This document shows, piece after piece, positions 11,801-24,898 of a stretch of 64,000 nucleotides of DNA. Under the pieces are notes generated by a model. That model was given only the letters and a program-made list of their open reading frames with translations, was not told the origin of the DNA and did no database searches. The stretch is taken from assembly GCA_965112735.1 (NCBI GenBank), contig OZ218958.1, forward strand, positions 806,001 through 870,000, in the 5' to 3' direction. Numbering within the stretch: position 1 is the stretch's first letter; every line of letters begins with the position of its first letter. Made by a program: the position numbers and the translations under genes. Source of the stretch: Phaeosaccion multiseriatum (taxonomy: Eukaryota > Protista > Ochrophyta, other classes).

Positions 11801-14800
11801 GACCCTGACCCTGACCCTGACCCTGACCCTAACCCCGATCCCGGTCCGGATGCTGATGCTGAGCCACCGAACGAGGCAGAAGGTGCCTTCGTGCTGCTGC
11901 TGCTGCTGGTGGTACTGGTACTGGTGCTGCTGCTGCTGTTGATGGTGGTGGTGACATTGCTGTCTCCTGACCTGGCGGGTGCCGGTGCTGCAGAGGCGAA
12001 GGAAGAGGGGGCCTTGCTGGACATTGGAGGATACCCCCCTGCCCTACTGCTGCTCTTCGCCACCGTGGCTGCTGCTGCTGCTGCTGTTGCTGCTGCTGGT
12101 GGTGGTGGTGGTGCTACTGCTGCTGCCTTCCCCCCGAAGGAGAATCCACCTCCACCTCTTCCTGCAGCAGGAGCAGGAGCAGCAGCAGGAGCAGAAGCAG
12201 GAGCAGCAGCTGCTGTGGGCTTGTTCGATCCTCCGCCAAAGGCCGAAGGCGCTTTGCTCGACATGGGAGGGTACCCTCCGCCACTGCCGCTGCTTCCCTC
12301 GACTTTGGCCTTGAGCTTGGCCGTCGCGCTCTCTTCCTCCGTGGTGGGCGCGGCTGCCTGCTGCGCAAGCTTCCCGAAGGACAACCCCGCCCCCCCTCCT
12401 CCTCCAGAGGACAAAGGAGAGGAGGCAAGGGCACCGAATCCACCGCCTCTGCCAAAGGCACTGCCACCAGTGCTGCTTCCCCCTCCGAAAGGTGACTCTT
12501 TCTTCCCTCCTCCTCCTGCTCCTCCTGCTGCTTCTCCTCCTCCTGCTCCTCCCAACGTGAAGCCAGAACCCAATCCCCCCCCTCCTCCGCCAAGCTTGGC
12601 AGTCGCCCCGAAGGAGAAGCCCCCCGTGGTGGTGGAGGTGGTGGCCGCTGGACCAGCTGCTGAAGAAGCAGTACTCGCGGATAGCGATAAGGAAGAGAAC
12701 GGCGACGCAGAGGAAACTGCCGCAGTGCTCCTGGTGCCGATCCCGCCGCTAGTGCTGCTGCTGCTGCTGTTGCTGCTGCTGCCACCGGCGCTAGGCTGGC
12801 CGAAGGGTGTGGGGGCCTTAAAGGACATGGGTGGGAAGGCCGCGCCGCCACCGCCAGCAGCAGCAGTAGTTGGTGCTACAGCCGTTGGTGCTACAGCCGC
12901 CGCCTTTGGTTTCCCGCTCCCTGCCGCTGCCGAGGACGAGGATCCAAACGTGGCTGGGGCCTTTGACGACATCGGGGGATACCCTCCTCCTCCTCCTCCT
13001 CCCCCTCCTGCCGCTTGTGCAGGTGCTGGTGTCGTCGCTCCAAACGCATTGGGTGCCTTCTTTGACATTGGTGGGTACCCACTTCCCCCACCACCTGCAC
13101 CAGCCGCCGAAGCTGCCTTGGTAGCAGCAGCAGCAGCAGCAGCGGGAGCAACGGCTTTCGCTCCGAATGCTGACGGAGCTTTGGTGGACATTGGAGGGTA
13201 GCCGCCACCGCCACCACCATTGGCTGCCATCCCACCCCCACCCGCAGTGCTCCCGAAGGCAGCCGGGGCTTTACTTGACATTGGAGGGTAGCCGCCACCG
13301 CCACCACCATTGGCTGCCATCCCACCCCCACCCGCAGTGCTCCCGAAAGCAGCCGGGGCTTTACTTGACATAGGAGGGTAGCCGCCACCCCCACCAGCGG
13401 CGGCAGCAGCCTTAGGAGGGGCTGTAGTGGACGTGGTAGAGGCTACTGGGGCACTACCGAACGCAGTGGGGGCCTTTGTTGACATGGGGGGGTAGCCGCC
13501 GCCACCGCCAAAGGGCGAGGGCTTGGCAGCAGCAGCAGCAGCAGGTCGTGTTGGTGATACAGCAGGAGCGCCAAACGGCGACGGCGCCTTGCTGGCCATT
13601 GGCGGGTACCCACCCCCCCCTCCTCCTCCCGTCGTGCTGCTGTCCTTCGACGCCACAGGAGCCGCAGCAACAGCAGCCTTGGTGGTATCTGCTCCTCCGC
13701 CACCACCGAAGTTAAAACCTCCTTTCCCCGTGCCACTGGTGCTGCTGGTGCTGCTGGTGCCTGCGGCGGCTGGAGCACCGAACATGCCCCCCCCGGAAGC
13801 AACCCCTCCTCCTCCCCCTCCGAAAGGTGTCAATCCTCCTCCTCCGAACCCAGCTCCTGCGGCGAAAGCTGAGCCCGCAGCAGCCTTCGTTGCCCCAAAG
13901 CTCAACGCCGGTGGGCCACTCCCGCCCCCAAAGTTCAAGTTCAGCCCTCCTCCTGTCCCCGCCCCGAACTTCAGCCCTGCATTTGATCCCCCCCCGAAGT
14001 TCAGCCCTGTTCCTCCTCCTCCTCCTCCTCCTCCTCCTCCAAAGGAGAGTGGAGGGGCTGCCTTCGGGCTGCTCTGGGGAGGGGGAGTCACCATGCCTTC
14101 GCCCTCCCCTGCTGTCACAGCCTCCTGCTCTTCCTCCCCCTCCCCGCCTTGCGTTCGGTCAAAGAGTGCGTTCTCCTTATCCAGCTCCTCCATAAATAGC
14201 CCTCCCTCCTCCTCCTCGTCGTCGTCCTCTTCCGTCACTTCGCCGGCTTTCGTCATCCCCTCCGCTGCTGCCATCTGTGAAGAAGAATCAAGCGACGTGG
14301 ACGCCACCTCTAGTGCACGAGCAGGCACTGCATCGACAGCCGTCACGATGCAAGAAGGCTCGAGCTGTCGCCTGTCCACAAAGGCAAAGCACATGACCAG
14401 ACCTTCGTTGTTCACAAGGAAGATGAGAGGGGAAGGAGGGACCGAGTCTCCACTGTCGTCGCCAAAGGGAAGGGGGAGAGTGGCGTTTCTGGACACCGCA
14501 AGACCTCGTGGGTATGTGTCTTCGTCCTCGTCTTCCCCACCTGTGGTGGCAGTCAGAGAGCGGTAGAATGGCGGGGGCGACAAGGCAAGTTGAAGAGGGA
14601 AGGACGGATGCATGTGGTGGTGGCAGTCAGAGAGCGGTGGATTGGCGGGGGCGACAAGGCAAGTTGAAGAAGGAAGGACGGATGCATGTGGTGGTGGCAG
14701 TCAGAGAGCGGTGGATTGGCGGGGGCGACAAAGGCAAGTTGAAGAAGGAAGGACGGATGCATGTGTCTATCCACAGGGGAAAAAAAAGCCTCTCGAGGCC

Positions 14801-16956
14801 GCATTGAAAAGGACATGGAAGAGCAAAAAAAACACTCAACACTCGACATCGGACCACCACTGTATATCCGCAACCCCCCTCCCTCCCAACCCCTCAAACC
14901 TCCACCCTCTCGGCCCTCAACACGCAAGGACACATCATCATCCTGACGATGCAAAGCCAACTAGCGTGATATATTCTCAACTCTTACCACTTCACCCCCC
15001 CAAAAAAATCCAGCGAAACCCTCTCCCCCAGTTCGTCCATCAGTCATGAATCCGTCAGTCCTGGCACCTCTTACCTGCGGATGAGGAGGGGCATTTGATA
15101 CCCTGTCCCTCCTCCAGCTCCGCGTTGATCCACGCCCCCTTCCCCTGTCCTCCCCCCCCGCTGCTCTCCTGCAGCGTGAGACACACATCCACACTGGAGC
15201 TGCTGCTGTGCAGGGCCCGTCGCCAGCCTGTGACTCGGGCGGTGTGCAGGCAGCGAGACAGGTGGGCCGGGAGATCGAAACCCGCCACGCACATATCGAA
15301 ATTCATGCCCGTCATCTGTGAGTGGAAAGTAAAAAGAGGGGCCACAGAGAGGCAGAGAGAGGAGTGTCAGAATGAAGTACAACAGGAGAAGGACCTCCAC
15401 TCACACTCGCTCACTCCCTCCTTCATCCACGCCCTCACTCTCTCCCTCACCCACACCCCCACTCACTTATTCACTCCCCTCCCTCCCTCCCTCCCTCCCT
15501 CCCACCCTCCCTCACTCACCTCAAGCTCATTGTTCCGCCAGTGCCATAGCACCACACACTGGTCGAACGTGGCCTCTCCCTCCTCCCCCCCGGTCTCGTC
15601 CTCTTCGTCGCAGATGGTCAGACACAATGCATACTCCGCCAGCAGAGTGTGAGGCCCGATCCACGCGAGGTGACTCACTGAGACGCCCTCCCCTGCCCTC
15701 AGGGGCCGCTCCTCCAACTCTGCTTCGCCGTTGAAGGTCACCTCCGAGGGGCGGGCGACCGCAGTGACGCGTTTCATCGCCCCACCGCTGCTGCGAAGGA
15801 TCTGTGGTACGAGGTGAGGAGGAGAGGAAAGAGCGTGTGAGAGAAGAGGCGGGGGCGTAGTCAGGGGGGAAGAGCGTGTTTGTTGTACCAATTAGTCGGG
15901 AGGAAACAAACACAATAAACCAAACCATCTCGCCCTCTTGTGCCCGTCTTTGTGTCTGTCTTTCGCTACTCTCTCTCTCTCTGCCTCCTCCCCCCCCCCC
16001 CCCCACCTATGTGCCGTCTCCCCTCTTCCCTCCCCAGTAAGGCGGGCGCCCCTCCCTACCTCTACTCACCTCAATCTCACAGCCCCCGTCGGTGCCCACC
16101 GCCAAGACTTCAACTCCTTCTTCCTCCCCCCCCCATGCCCCTGCCGTGTACAGGGTAGCCTCATCACTGGTGAGTGTCTGCTGCTTCCCTCGGGTGTCAA
16201 GGACAGTGGCGCTCCCTTCCCCGGTAATGGCCAGCAACTGCTCCTTCCCGCTGGAGGCTGAAGACCACTCCAGGTGCCTGCAGTGAGGGAGTGGGTTGAG
16301 GGTGAGACAGCTGGGAGTACCACCAAAAGACATACACAACCCCATGTAGTTTGGCATATAGAGCGACCCCTGAGGTGACCTCGCAGCCATGCCAGCGAGT
16401 TGGTTGTGTGGAGGAAGACGAAGCTTCTGGTGACGCCGTACCTGATGTAATCACGCCCTGTTCCGAGGTTCCTCACCAGCTCCGCTCTTGCCTGCCCCGT
16501 GAGCAGCTGCTGCATGCTGTACACCGACACCTCAGCGCATGAGGCAGTAGCAACGAGGGTGCCGTCCTTTGTCACAGCGACATGCGAAGGCCCTCCTCCT
16601 CCTCCTCCTCCACCCAACGGCACATGGACCGTAGAGGGCGGGAGCGGGAGAGGGAGGGCTGCTCCTTCTCCCGACTTACGTTTACCCTCCGCCGCCCGCG
16701 CTACTGCCGTCGCCTCCACATCCTTGATTGAGGCTATCATGAGCCCATCGTTGGTGGTAATCAGTAGTCGAGCATTGGCATCAGAGCAAGCCACACAGCT
16801 ACTGCACCCTGCGGAAGCCGCATCCTGCTCTGCAGCAATGGAGGACGTTGGATCGTCTGCTCGGCGGACCCGTGATGCCGACGGGACAGTGAAGTCGGCC
16901 AGCTTGTGCACAGCCAGTCCATCGGGCGCCTCGGCTGTGTCGAATGATTCCGCCAT
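5122..16956 (-). CDS. NUP214: Large FG-repeat nucleoporin, Nup214/Nup159-like (N-terminal beta-propeller-like region, FG repeats, coiled coil), ~2989 aa
   Basis: 11 phase-consistent exons: 16956-16442, 16277-16070, 15801-15520, 15315-15075, 14540-11607, 11458-11310, 11134-10617, 10381-10105, 9862-9560, 9051-7021, 6633-5122 (8970 nt). Beta-rich N-terminus ending ..YPRGLAVSRNAT..PPSPLIFLVNNEGLVMCF, abundant SPFG/AFG/FSFG repeats and a central heptad region. Orthology is inferred from architecture. Confidence 0.75.
14544..14765. repeat. Intronic tandem repeat, ~74 bp x3
   Basis: Unit TGGTGGCAGTCAGAGAGCGGTRGAWTGGCGGGGGCGACAAGGCAAGTTGAAGARGGAAGGACGGATGCATG is repeated three times at the 3' end of nucleoporin intron 4. 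Confidence 0.9.
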
Positions 16957-17354
16957 GCTTTCCTTCCTCTTCTTCTCTTTAGGCGACAAACGGGGGGGGG
17001 AGGGGTCCTCCTCTCCTCCTCAATCAATAAATGTTCTGCTGCAACAGCATGTGCGTTAGTGAAAGCCTCCGCAGCTTCCTTTCCCACCGATCTCCATCCA
17101 CTCTTCTCTCTTGGCTCTTCCGCAAATGGATTTGCAAAGCCAGGTGTGTGGGCTCCCCCCCAAACAAAGCCTCTAGTAAGTCACTGGGAGAGGTTCTGGG
17201 CCGCGCCAGATCAGCAGCGATCCTCAGCTGGCCCTCTGCAATCGTTGCGAAAGGGACGAAGGGATAAAACAGGGGGTTGAGCAACTGCCTAGTGATAATG
17301 AGGCCGGTGCGTAAGTGAGTAGCACATCTGGAGCACGTTTTGGAAAAAAACACT

Positions 17355-17975
17355 ATGCTCCTTCTTCCCCTCTTGATTTGCCTTGCCCTGGTGCATGTCG
17401 ATAGCTTCGCGACAATCTCGCCGTGTGCGCCAGGTCGTGTTGGGGTGGGACATGCCACTTGCCAGCGAGCACGCGGGGGGTGGTGTGGGGAAATCTCGGC
17501 AGCGACGGTGGCTTGGGCAGGGGCGAAAGAAGGAGAGGAAGATGCCAGCCCCACTGTGCTCGTAATAGGAGGCTCTGGGCGCGTAGGGGGGAGCACATTG
17601 CGCGCCTTACACCACTTGCTCCCTTCTGATGCATCCTATGTGGTCGGCGGAAGAAGCGAGAGCAACTTTGAGCGCAGCCGACGGAGATGGGAGAGCATCG
17701 ATGGAATCAGCTACGACAAAGGTACAAAGCACGAGAGAAGAGTCCTATGCTGCTGCTGCCGCTGCTCCTTCTTTCTGTGGCTTGAAATAGTAGCTCGTCA
17801 ACATGGCCTACGCTCCTCCCATGCTCGATCAAGTTGGCCCCAGGAGCTCGCCTTACCCTTTGTCCTCTGTTTGTTTGTCTATCTGGCTGCCTGCCTGTCT
17901 GCCTGCCTGCCTGCCTGTCTGTCTTCCTGCCTGCCTGTCTGCCTATCTATATGTCCGTCTGTCTCTTTTTATCTA

Positions 17976-18006
<31 letters not shown>

Positions 18007-20145
18007 GTCGCTTTGTTTGTCGCTCTGTGTATTTCTCTGTCTTCATGTGTTCTACTTTCCGCCTGTCCGCCTGTCCGCCCGTCTGCCCGTCTGTCTCACG
18101 TTTGCGGCAGTATCGTTCCGAAGGTGCTGCCTGACGGACCACGCGTCACTGCTCAAGGCTCTCGAGGGCGTCGATGTTGTGGTGCACACGGGAGGCCCGT
18201 TTCAGAAGAAGGTTATATTGAGAGAACCATCCCTAGCGCCTTCGTCCACTCCCCCCCCCCCCGCCCCTCTCTCACTCTCCACTCTGCTGTCCACTCTCTT
18301 GGGTGGGCATATGCTCCAAACCAACATCCCTCCAACCCTCTCCCAACCACCCAAACTCAAATTCCTTCCATGTATCTCGCAGGAGAGTCCCGAAATGCTC
18401 AAGGCGGCCATAGGTCAGTAGGGTAGGTCTTCAGCCCAGGCAGTGGATGGCAGTAGATGGAGTGCGACTGTGGCACGAAGAGGCAGCGGCACCACCAGCG
18501 GAGGGGACAAGGTGCCACCACCAATCTAACTGCTTATGCTTGGGCCAATGTCCAATTCCAGCTCTACTTCCAGCTCTAGACGGCGCTCCTTTCCCGCCCC
18601 TATCTCTCGCCTCATCTCACAATTCTCTCCCTGCTCTCCTCTCTCCCCGCTCTCCGCTCTCCTCTCCTCCTCCTCTCTCTCCTTCCCTCCCCTCCCTCCC
18701 CTCCCTCCCCTCCCTCCCCTCCCTCCCCTCCCTCCCCTCCCTCCCTCCCTCCCTCCCTCCCTCCCTCCTCCCTCTCGTCCGTACCCTTATCTTGGTCAGA
18801 GAGCGGTGTCTCCTATGTAGATGTGTGCGATGACTCGAATCTGTCCGAAGTGGCCAAGGGACTCTGTGAGGAAGCTCAGGAGGCCGGTGTGGCAGCGACC
18901 GTCTCTGCTGGTATGAAACACTCGTCGGGTAGTCAGAGCACCCCGTCGGGTAGTTGAATCACCCATCCCCTTTGTCCTCTCCCGCCTGCGCCTCACCGTG
19001 TCCTCCCCTCTCTCTCCCTCTTTCCCTGTCTCTCTCTCTCTCTCTCTGTCATTCATTCTCTCGATGTCTCCCTCTCTCTTTCCTTCTCCCCCTCTTCTTT
19101 CTACGTCTCTTTTTTTTTTCTCTCTGTCTCTCCCTCTCCCTCTCTCTCTCCCCCCCCCCCCCTCTTTCTCTCCCTCTCTCACTCTCTCTCTGCCTACATT
19201 ACCGCTAGGAATCTGGCCGGGGGTTGATCAGCTCATGGCAGTGGAGGTGAGTGTGGATGGCAGTGGAGGCGAGGGTGGATGGCAGTGGATGTGAGCGTGG
19301 ACTCATCGGCCCTCTCACTCTACTTCCTTGACATATGGCGCCTGAGTGGGCATGGCCAGGGCCTGGTGCTTGGGTGTTGAGAAGGAAGGCGTGCATGGGC
19401 ATTGCGCCCCCCCCCCGGGGGTCGACTTTCTCATGGGGTTGAGGCTGGCGCCCCCCCTTTTGCTTTGTTTGATCAAGTCTATCAGGTGCTGCCTCATTTG
19501 CCGACACTGGTCTTGCGGGTGTGCGCGTTTTTCGCTTGCTCATCTCGTTAGGTTACGTAATGTTACGTGGGGGTTGGATAGGTATGGTAAGAGAAAGCCT
19601 CTAACCACGAGTGTACATGCAATCATTGCCGCACTGGGGAATCATCTGCACCCTCCCCCCCCCCCTCTGCCTGCCTCCCTTTCCCTTTCCCCCTCTTCCC
19701 CCCTTCGTCTATTCTTAGGCGTGTAATATGTTGGGCGGTAAGTGAGTGAGTGAGTGAATGAGTGAGTGAGTGAGTGAGTGAGTGAGCGATTGAGTGAGTG
19801 AGCGTGAGTGATTGAGTGTAATTGATTGAGTGAGTGAGTGAGTGAGTGAGTGATTGATTGAGTGAGTGAGTGAGTGCGTGAGTGAGTGCGTGAGTGAGTG
19901 AGTGCGTGAGTGAGTGCTAAGTGAGTGCTAAGTGAGTGGGGCGTCTGTGCGTGAGTGCGTGAGTGCGTGTGTGTGTGCGCGCTTTATTGTCGCATTAATC
20001 GAGGTACCAATCTAGCCTTTCCTTCGTTTCCTTATCTAGGAGCTCTCCGCTTCTTGTCGCCTCTGTTTGTGTGTCTCTCTCTGGCTCGCTCTTGGTCTCC
20101 CCCCTCTTCCCGCCCCATCTCTCTGCCTCTCCCTACCCCCACCTC

Positions 20146-20206
<61 letters not shown>

Positions 20207-23200
20207 CGTCTCCCTCTGTCCCTCTCGCTTTGGTTCTGTCCGTCTCCGTGTCCACCCCCTAACCCCTCCGCTGGACTCTCGTACCCGTTTTCTCTCGGCC
20301 TCTCGCCAGGACGCGAGAACGTGGAAACAGTAAACTTCAATGCATTCACCGCTGGGACAGGTACAGTAAGATAAAAGCATGGACAGATGTTGGATCGGGT
20401 CACAAGGGTCCTATTGAAATGGTGGATGCATCGCGATATACACGCACCTTCTCTTGCCGTGTATGTATTGCTATAAGTCCCCCCCTTGCTCATCCCCTTT
20501 CTTCCTCCCCTCCCTGCCCCTGCCTCCTCCGCTACATCGACCCTTCCCTTCCTTCGCGTTGTCCCGCCCACCTCTATCATTGACTTATATCACCCTTAAT
20601 CGCCGACTTATAACATCCTTATCGTTGACTTACGACGCCTCCGGACAGGCAATGCCGGCACGACGATCCTCAGCGCGACATTTCTCATCCTCGCTGAGAA
20701 GGCCTTACGATTTCGAAATGTGAGCCGAGCAAGAAGAGGGGGGGGGGGTTAACAGAGGGCTGAGAACAACGAGACGGCCTCGATTTTACTATGAATGAGC
20801 AGGTTGATACACAGGGAAGATCGAGAGAGAGAGAGAGGGACAGGGAGAGAGAGAGAAAGAGACGGAGAGGAAGAGAGAGATGATGGGGAGAGAGAGAAAG
20901 AGACTGTGAGAGAGAGGGGGGGGGGGAGGAGAGACAGAGGGATGAGAGAGAAAGGGAGAGAGATGGAGAGAGATACTGATCCCAGATTGAGTTTATAGGC
21001 ACCTCCCACTTTCGGGCCGGCCTCTGGAATGGATGGTCCTGGATGGTCCTGGATGGTCCTGGATGGCTTACTCGTACTCCAATGTGAATGTGAATGTGCA
21101 ATGTACAGGGAGTGGCGGAGCGACCTGCCCCCGCCACCGAGTTTAAACGCGTCGACTTCGGGGAGGGAGTGGGCGAACGCCTCATCTTCAACATGAACTT
21201 CATAGGTCAGTGGGTCACAGTTCAGGGTCGCGGTCAGCATCAGGGGCAGGGGCCAGGGTCAGGGTCAGGGTCATGAAGGTCGGGGTCACGGTCAGGGTCA
21301 CGGTCAGGGTCGGGGTCAGTATCGAGGTCACTGCTCGCTCTTCCCGCTGTTTTGCTGCTCGACCCCTCTTACGATGAATCCCTTCCCTTTGACTCATGCC
21401 AATCACTCCTTGGGTCATTGGCTTGCTGAAATTTTATCAACCTTTGGCACTTGGCGGCTTCGGCCTCCAGAGACTTGGACGTGCCATAAGGTAAGCGGTG
21501 TCCCTTTGAACAGACTGATTGGAAGTACTTTTGTTTGGGTGTCCACACGGGCCCTTCAATTGGGTATCCTGATAGGGTGTCCATCTATCCATCTGCCCCA
21601 GAGTGTGTCGGTGACTCAAGGGATGAGACCCAAGCCCCCTTGGGATGGAGTCGGTTTCATGCTGACGTCTGAGTGTAGAGTGCCATCCATGCATTGTTGT
21701 CGCGTCCCTCTCCTCCGTGGCGGCCGCAGCTCTCTTTCTGCATGGGCATGCCTGTATGAGTTTCCTTCTTCGTCTTGTGAGAGTTAGCTCCTTCCTTTTC
21801 TCCTTCCTGACCTACGTGGCATTACCCTGTGTTCCGCCTTCTATCTGTCTTAAACTCGCCCCGCCCCCGCCCCTCTTTTCGTATTCTCTTTCTCTTCTCT
21901 CTCCTTCCCCTCTCCCCTCTTCCCTCTCCGTGTCTCTTGTCTCTCTCTCTTTCTCCCTCCCTCCCTCCCTCCCTCCCTCCCTCCCTCCCTCCCTCTCTCT
22001 CTCTCTCTCTCCCTCTCTCTTCCCATGCGCGTTGGTGATCCGACCTCAGTGCCTGGGTATCCCCAACGTGACCACCTCCTTCGGCACGGCCCCCACAGCG
22101 TGGAACTATCTCCTCAAGGGCATGACGTAAGTGTATGACGCCACGTGAGTGATTGCGTGCGTGATTTTGCGTGTGAGTGCATGAGTTCGCTTCCTCTTCC
22201 CCTCCCCGCCCTTTACCCAACCCATCCCAACCCATCCCAACCCATCCCAACCCATCCCAACCCAACCCAACCCAACCCAACCCCATCCAACCCCATCCAA
22301 CCCAACCTAACCCAACCCAACCTAACCCAACCCAACCCAACCCAACCCAACCCAACCCAACCCAACCCAACCCAGCCCAACCCAACCCAACCCAACCCAA
22401 CCCAACCCAACCCAACCCAACCCAACCCATCCCAACCCATCCCAACCCAACCCAACCCAACCCAACCCAACCCAACCCAACCCAACCCAACCCAACCCAA
22501 CCCAACCCAACCCAACCCAACCCAACCCAACCCAACCCAACCCAGCCCAACCCAACCCAACCCAACCCAACCCAACCCAACCCAACCCATCCCAACCCAT
22601 CCCAACCCAACCCAACCCAACCCAACCCAACCCAACCCAACCCAACCCAACCCAACCCAACCCAACCCAACCCAGCCCAACCCAACCCAACCCAACCCAA
22701 CCCAACCCAACCCAACCCAACCCATCCCAACCCATCCCAACCCAACCCAACCCAACCCAACCCAACCCAACCCAACCCAACCCAACCCAACCCAACCCAA
22801 CCCAACCCAATCCAACCCATCCCAACCCAACCCAACCCAACCCAACCCAACCCAACCCAACCCAACCCAACCCAACCAAACCCCATCCAACCCCATCGTA
22901 CCCACCCCACTGACCGCCCCACTCAGGCTGCTGGGCCCGTCAGTGCTGGGCAACCGAGAGGCGATGCAAGCACTTGCCGCCTTCTCAGAGCCTCTGGTGC
23001 GCCTTGTGGACATGCTCGTAGGGGCTACAAACGCCATGAGAGTTGACGCCGTTGATAGGTGTGTGGGTGTGTATGCGTGTGCGTGTGCGTGTGTGTGTGT
23101 GCGTGTGTGTGTGCGTGTGTATGTGCGTGTGTGTATGTGCGTGCGTGTGTGTGTCTATCTGTGCGTGTGTGTACGTGTCTGTGTGTGTTGCGTGTCAGTG

Positions 23201-23768
23201 TCTACGTCTTCTCCTCCGCCTATTTTTACTTTTTTGAAAGCAGACCGTTGTGTCTCACCTTTCGTTTGCCATTCCCTCCTCCTCCACCTGTCTGTCACAC
23301 GACCCCCCTCCCCCTCCCCCTTCCCCACCCCTTGACCTTGACAGGCAAGGCCGTACCGCGTCGCTTTTGTACGCACACGAGGACTTGGAGGTGTGTGTGG
23401 GAATCGCGACGGCAAGTTTTGCGGCAGCCACTCTCAGGTAGGTGGTGAAGCATATGGGCAAGCAAGCATATGGGCAGGCGTATGGGCAGGCAGACAGGAA
23501 GGCGCCCAGACAGGCAGGCAGGCAGGCAGGCAGATAGGTAGGCAGACAGAGAGACAGCGATTTTCACCCGCCTCTCCCTCCTCCCAAGACGCGGTCTCTG
23601 ACAAATGACGAATCTTCCCTGTACAACCAACACCCAAACCGCAGGGGGGACGTTTCCCCAGGGGTGTGGTACCCAGAGGAGGCCTTCAGCGAGCCCGAGG
23701 CGAGGCGGAGACTCCTCTCCCAGGCTGTAAGAGGGGCCTTCCTGTGGGAGAGGCAGGGTCCCTCCTGA
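17355..23768 (+). CDS. Saccharopine dehydrogenase-like NAD(P)-binding oxidoreductase, probably plastid-targeted
   Basis: Signal peptide [17 protein letters not shown]|F. Rossmann motif [11 protein letters not shown]. Further motifs [66 protein letters not shown] and PGVWYPEE, spread over ~14 exons (several of 19-52 nt). Stop at 23766-23768. Confidence 0.85.
22215..22892. repeat. (CCCAA)n pentanucleotide array, ~680 bp, intronic
   Basis: Directly visible, with interspersed CCCAT/CCCAG variants. It fills the intron between exons ending 22126 and starting 22927. Confidence 0.95.
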
Positions 23769-23928
23769 GAGGGAGGGGAAGCAAGGGCCGGTCTGAGGGA
23801 GGAGGGGCCGTCCGTCCTGAGCTGTATGTATATATATATATAATAATGTATATGTATATATATATATATATATGTATAAGCTGTCGCCATTTATAATTTA
23901 TATAACTGACTTACCATATGGGTTGGGA

Positions 23929-24679
23929 GGAGGCAAGTCCATTCTCCGCACCTTTTGGGACCGAATCGACAACATCTTGGCGTTTCGGCCAGAGTAAGTA
24001 ATCCCCCTTTCGTCGCCATGCCATCATCACTCTCCACCTCCTTGTCCTGCCCCCCCCCCCACCCCTTGTGGTAGCTCCGACCACCCTCACACGGGATATC
24101 CACACACACAACACACCAATGTTAGCCCCCCACCCACTGCCATCCATCCATTGCCATCCCCCTCCCTCCAGGAGCGTCTTCTCGGCGGGCTGCGAGGACG
24201 TCCCGCAGCTTGTGCACTACGAAGAAGGAGGCCGCTTCGACGTACACCACGACTCCACAGCCTTCCACCCCCGCTACCTCACCGCCCTGGCCTATCTCAA
24301 CGACGTGCCCGGAGAGGGAGGCGGGACGTGGTTTCCGCTTGCCAATGGAGGGGAAGCTGTCGATACCGGTGATGGTGGTCAGTAATGTGAGGAAGGGGGG
24401 GAGGGAGGGGGCCAACGAGAAGGTGCAACAGCAGCAGCAGCAGCAGCAGCGGGGGTAGAAGCGAGACGAGGCGAAGGCGGCGTGGTTGTGACGCCCAAGC
24501 TGGGATCGGTGGTGGTGTTTTTCAATCACAAGCCCGCTGGGGGTGTGTGTGTGGATGGCAGTGGAGGGGCTGATGCCGTGTTGGACGCTTCGGCTGTGCA
24601 TGCAGGTTTGCCCCTCGCCGCCGGACAGAGCAAATGGGTCATGAATCTGTGGTGGATTAAATACGAAAGTACCATGTAG
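23929..24679 (+). pseudogene. Orphan C-terminal half of a prolyl 4-hydroxylase-like 2OG-Fe(II) oxygenase
   Basis: Segments ~23929-23993 and 24172-24679 translate to KSILRTFWDRIDNILAF..PQLVHYEEGGRFDVHHD..RYLTALAYLNDV..GGGTWFP..PKLGSVVVFFN..AVHAGLP..KWVMNLW (HxD..H..K present). There is an in-frame TAA at 24383-24385 and no N-terminal half. Confidence 0.75.
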
Positions 24680-24702
24680 ACACAAAAAAAAATGGAGGAG
24701 CG

Positions 24703-24736
<34 letters not shown>

Positions 24737-24898
24737 TCTGTTGCTGTTACCTCTGTCGCCTCTGTTGCTGTTATCTCTGTCGCCCAAGGGCGCCCTCAAC
24801 AACTGCTACAGCCCCCACCCCCACCCCCCCCCGACTCCCGGGGGTGGGAGGGAAGCAAGGCAGATACGTTAGGAGCACCACAAGCAGCTCCAATCCAA

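Noticed and set aside
5828-14566. Long plus-strand ORFs (e.g. 11354-13201, 13523-14566, 7904-8695)
   Set aside because: They are antisense shadows of the GC-rich nucleoporin exons.
21822-23335. Long ORFs of GWVGL/PNPTQ repeats
   Set aside because: They are translations of the stop-free (CCCAA)n intronic array, not genes.
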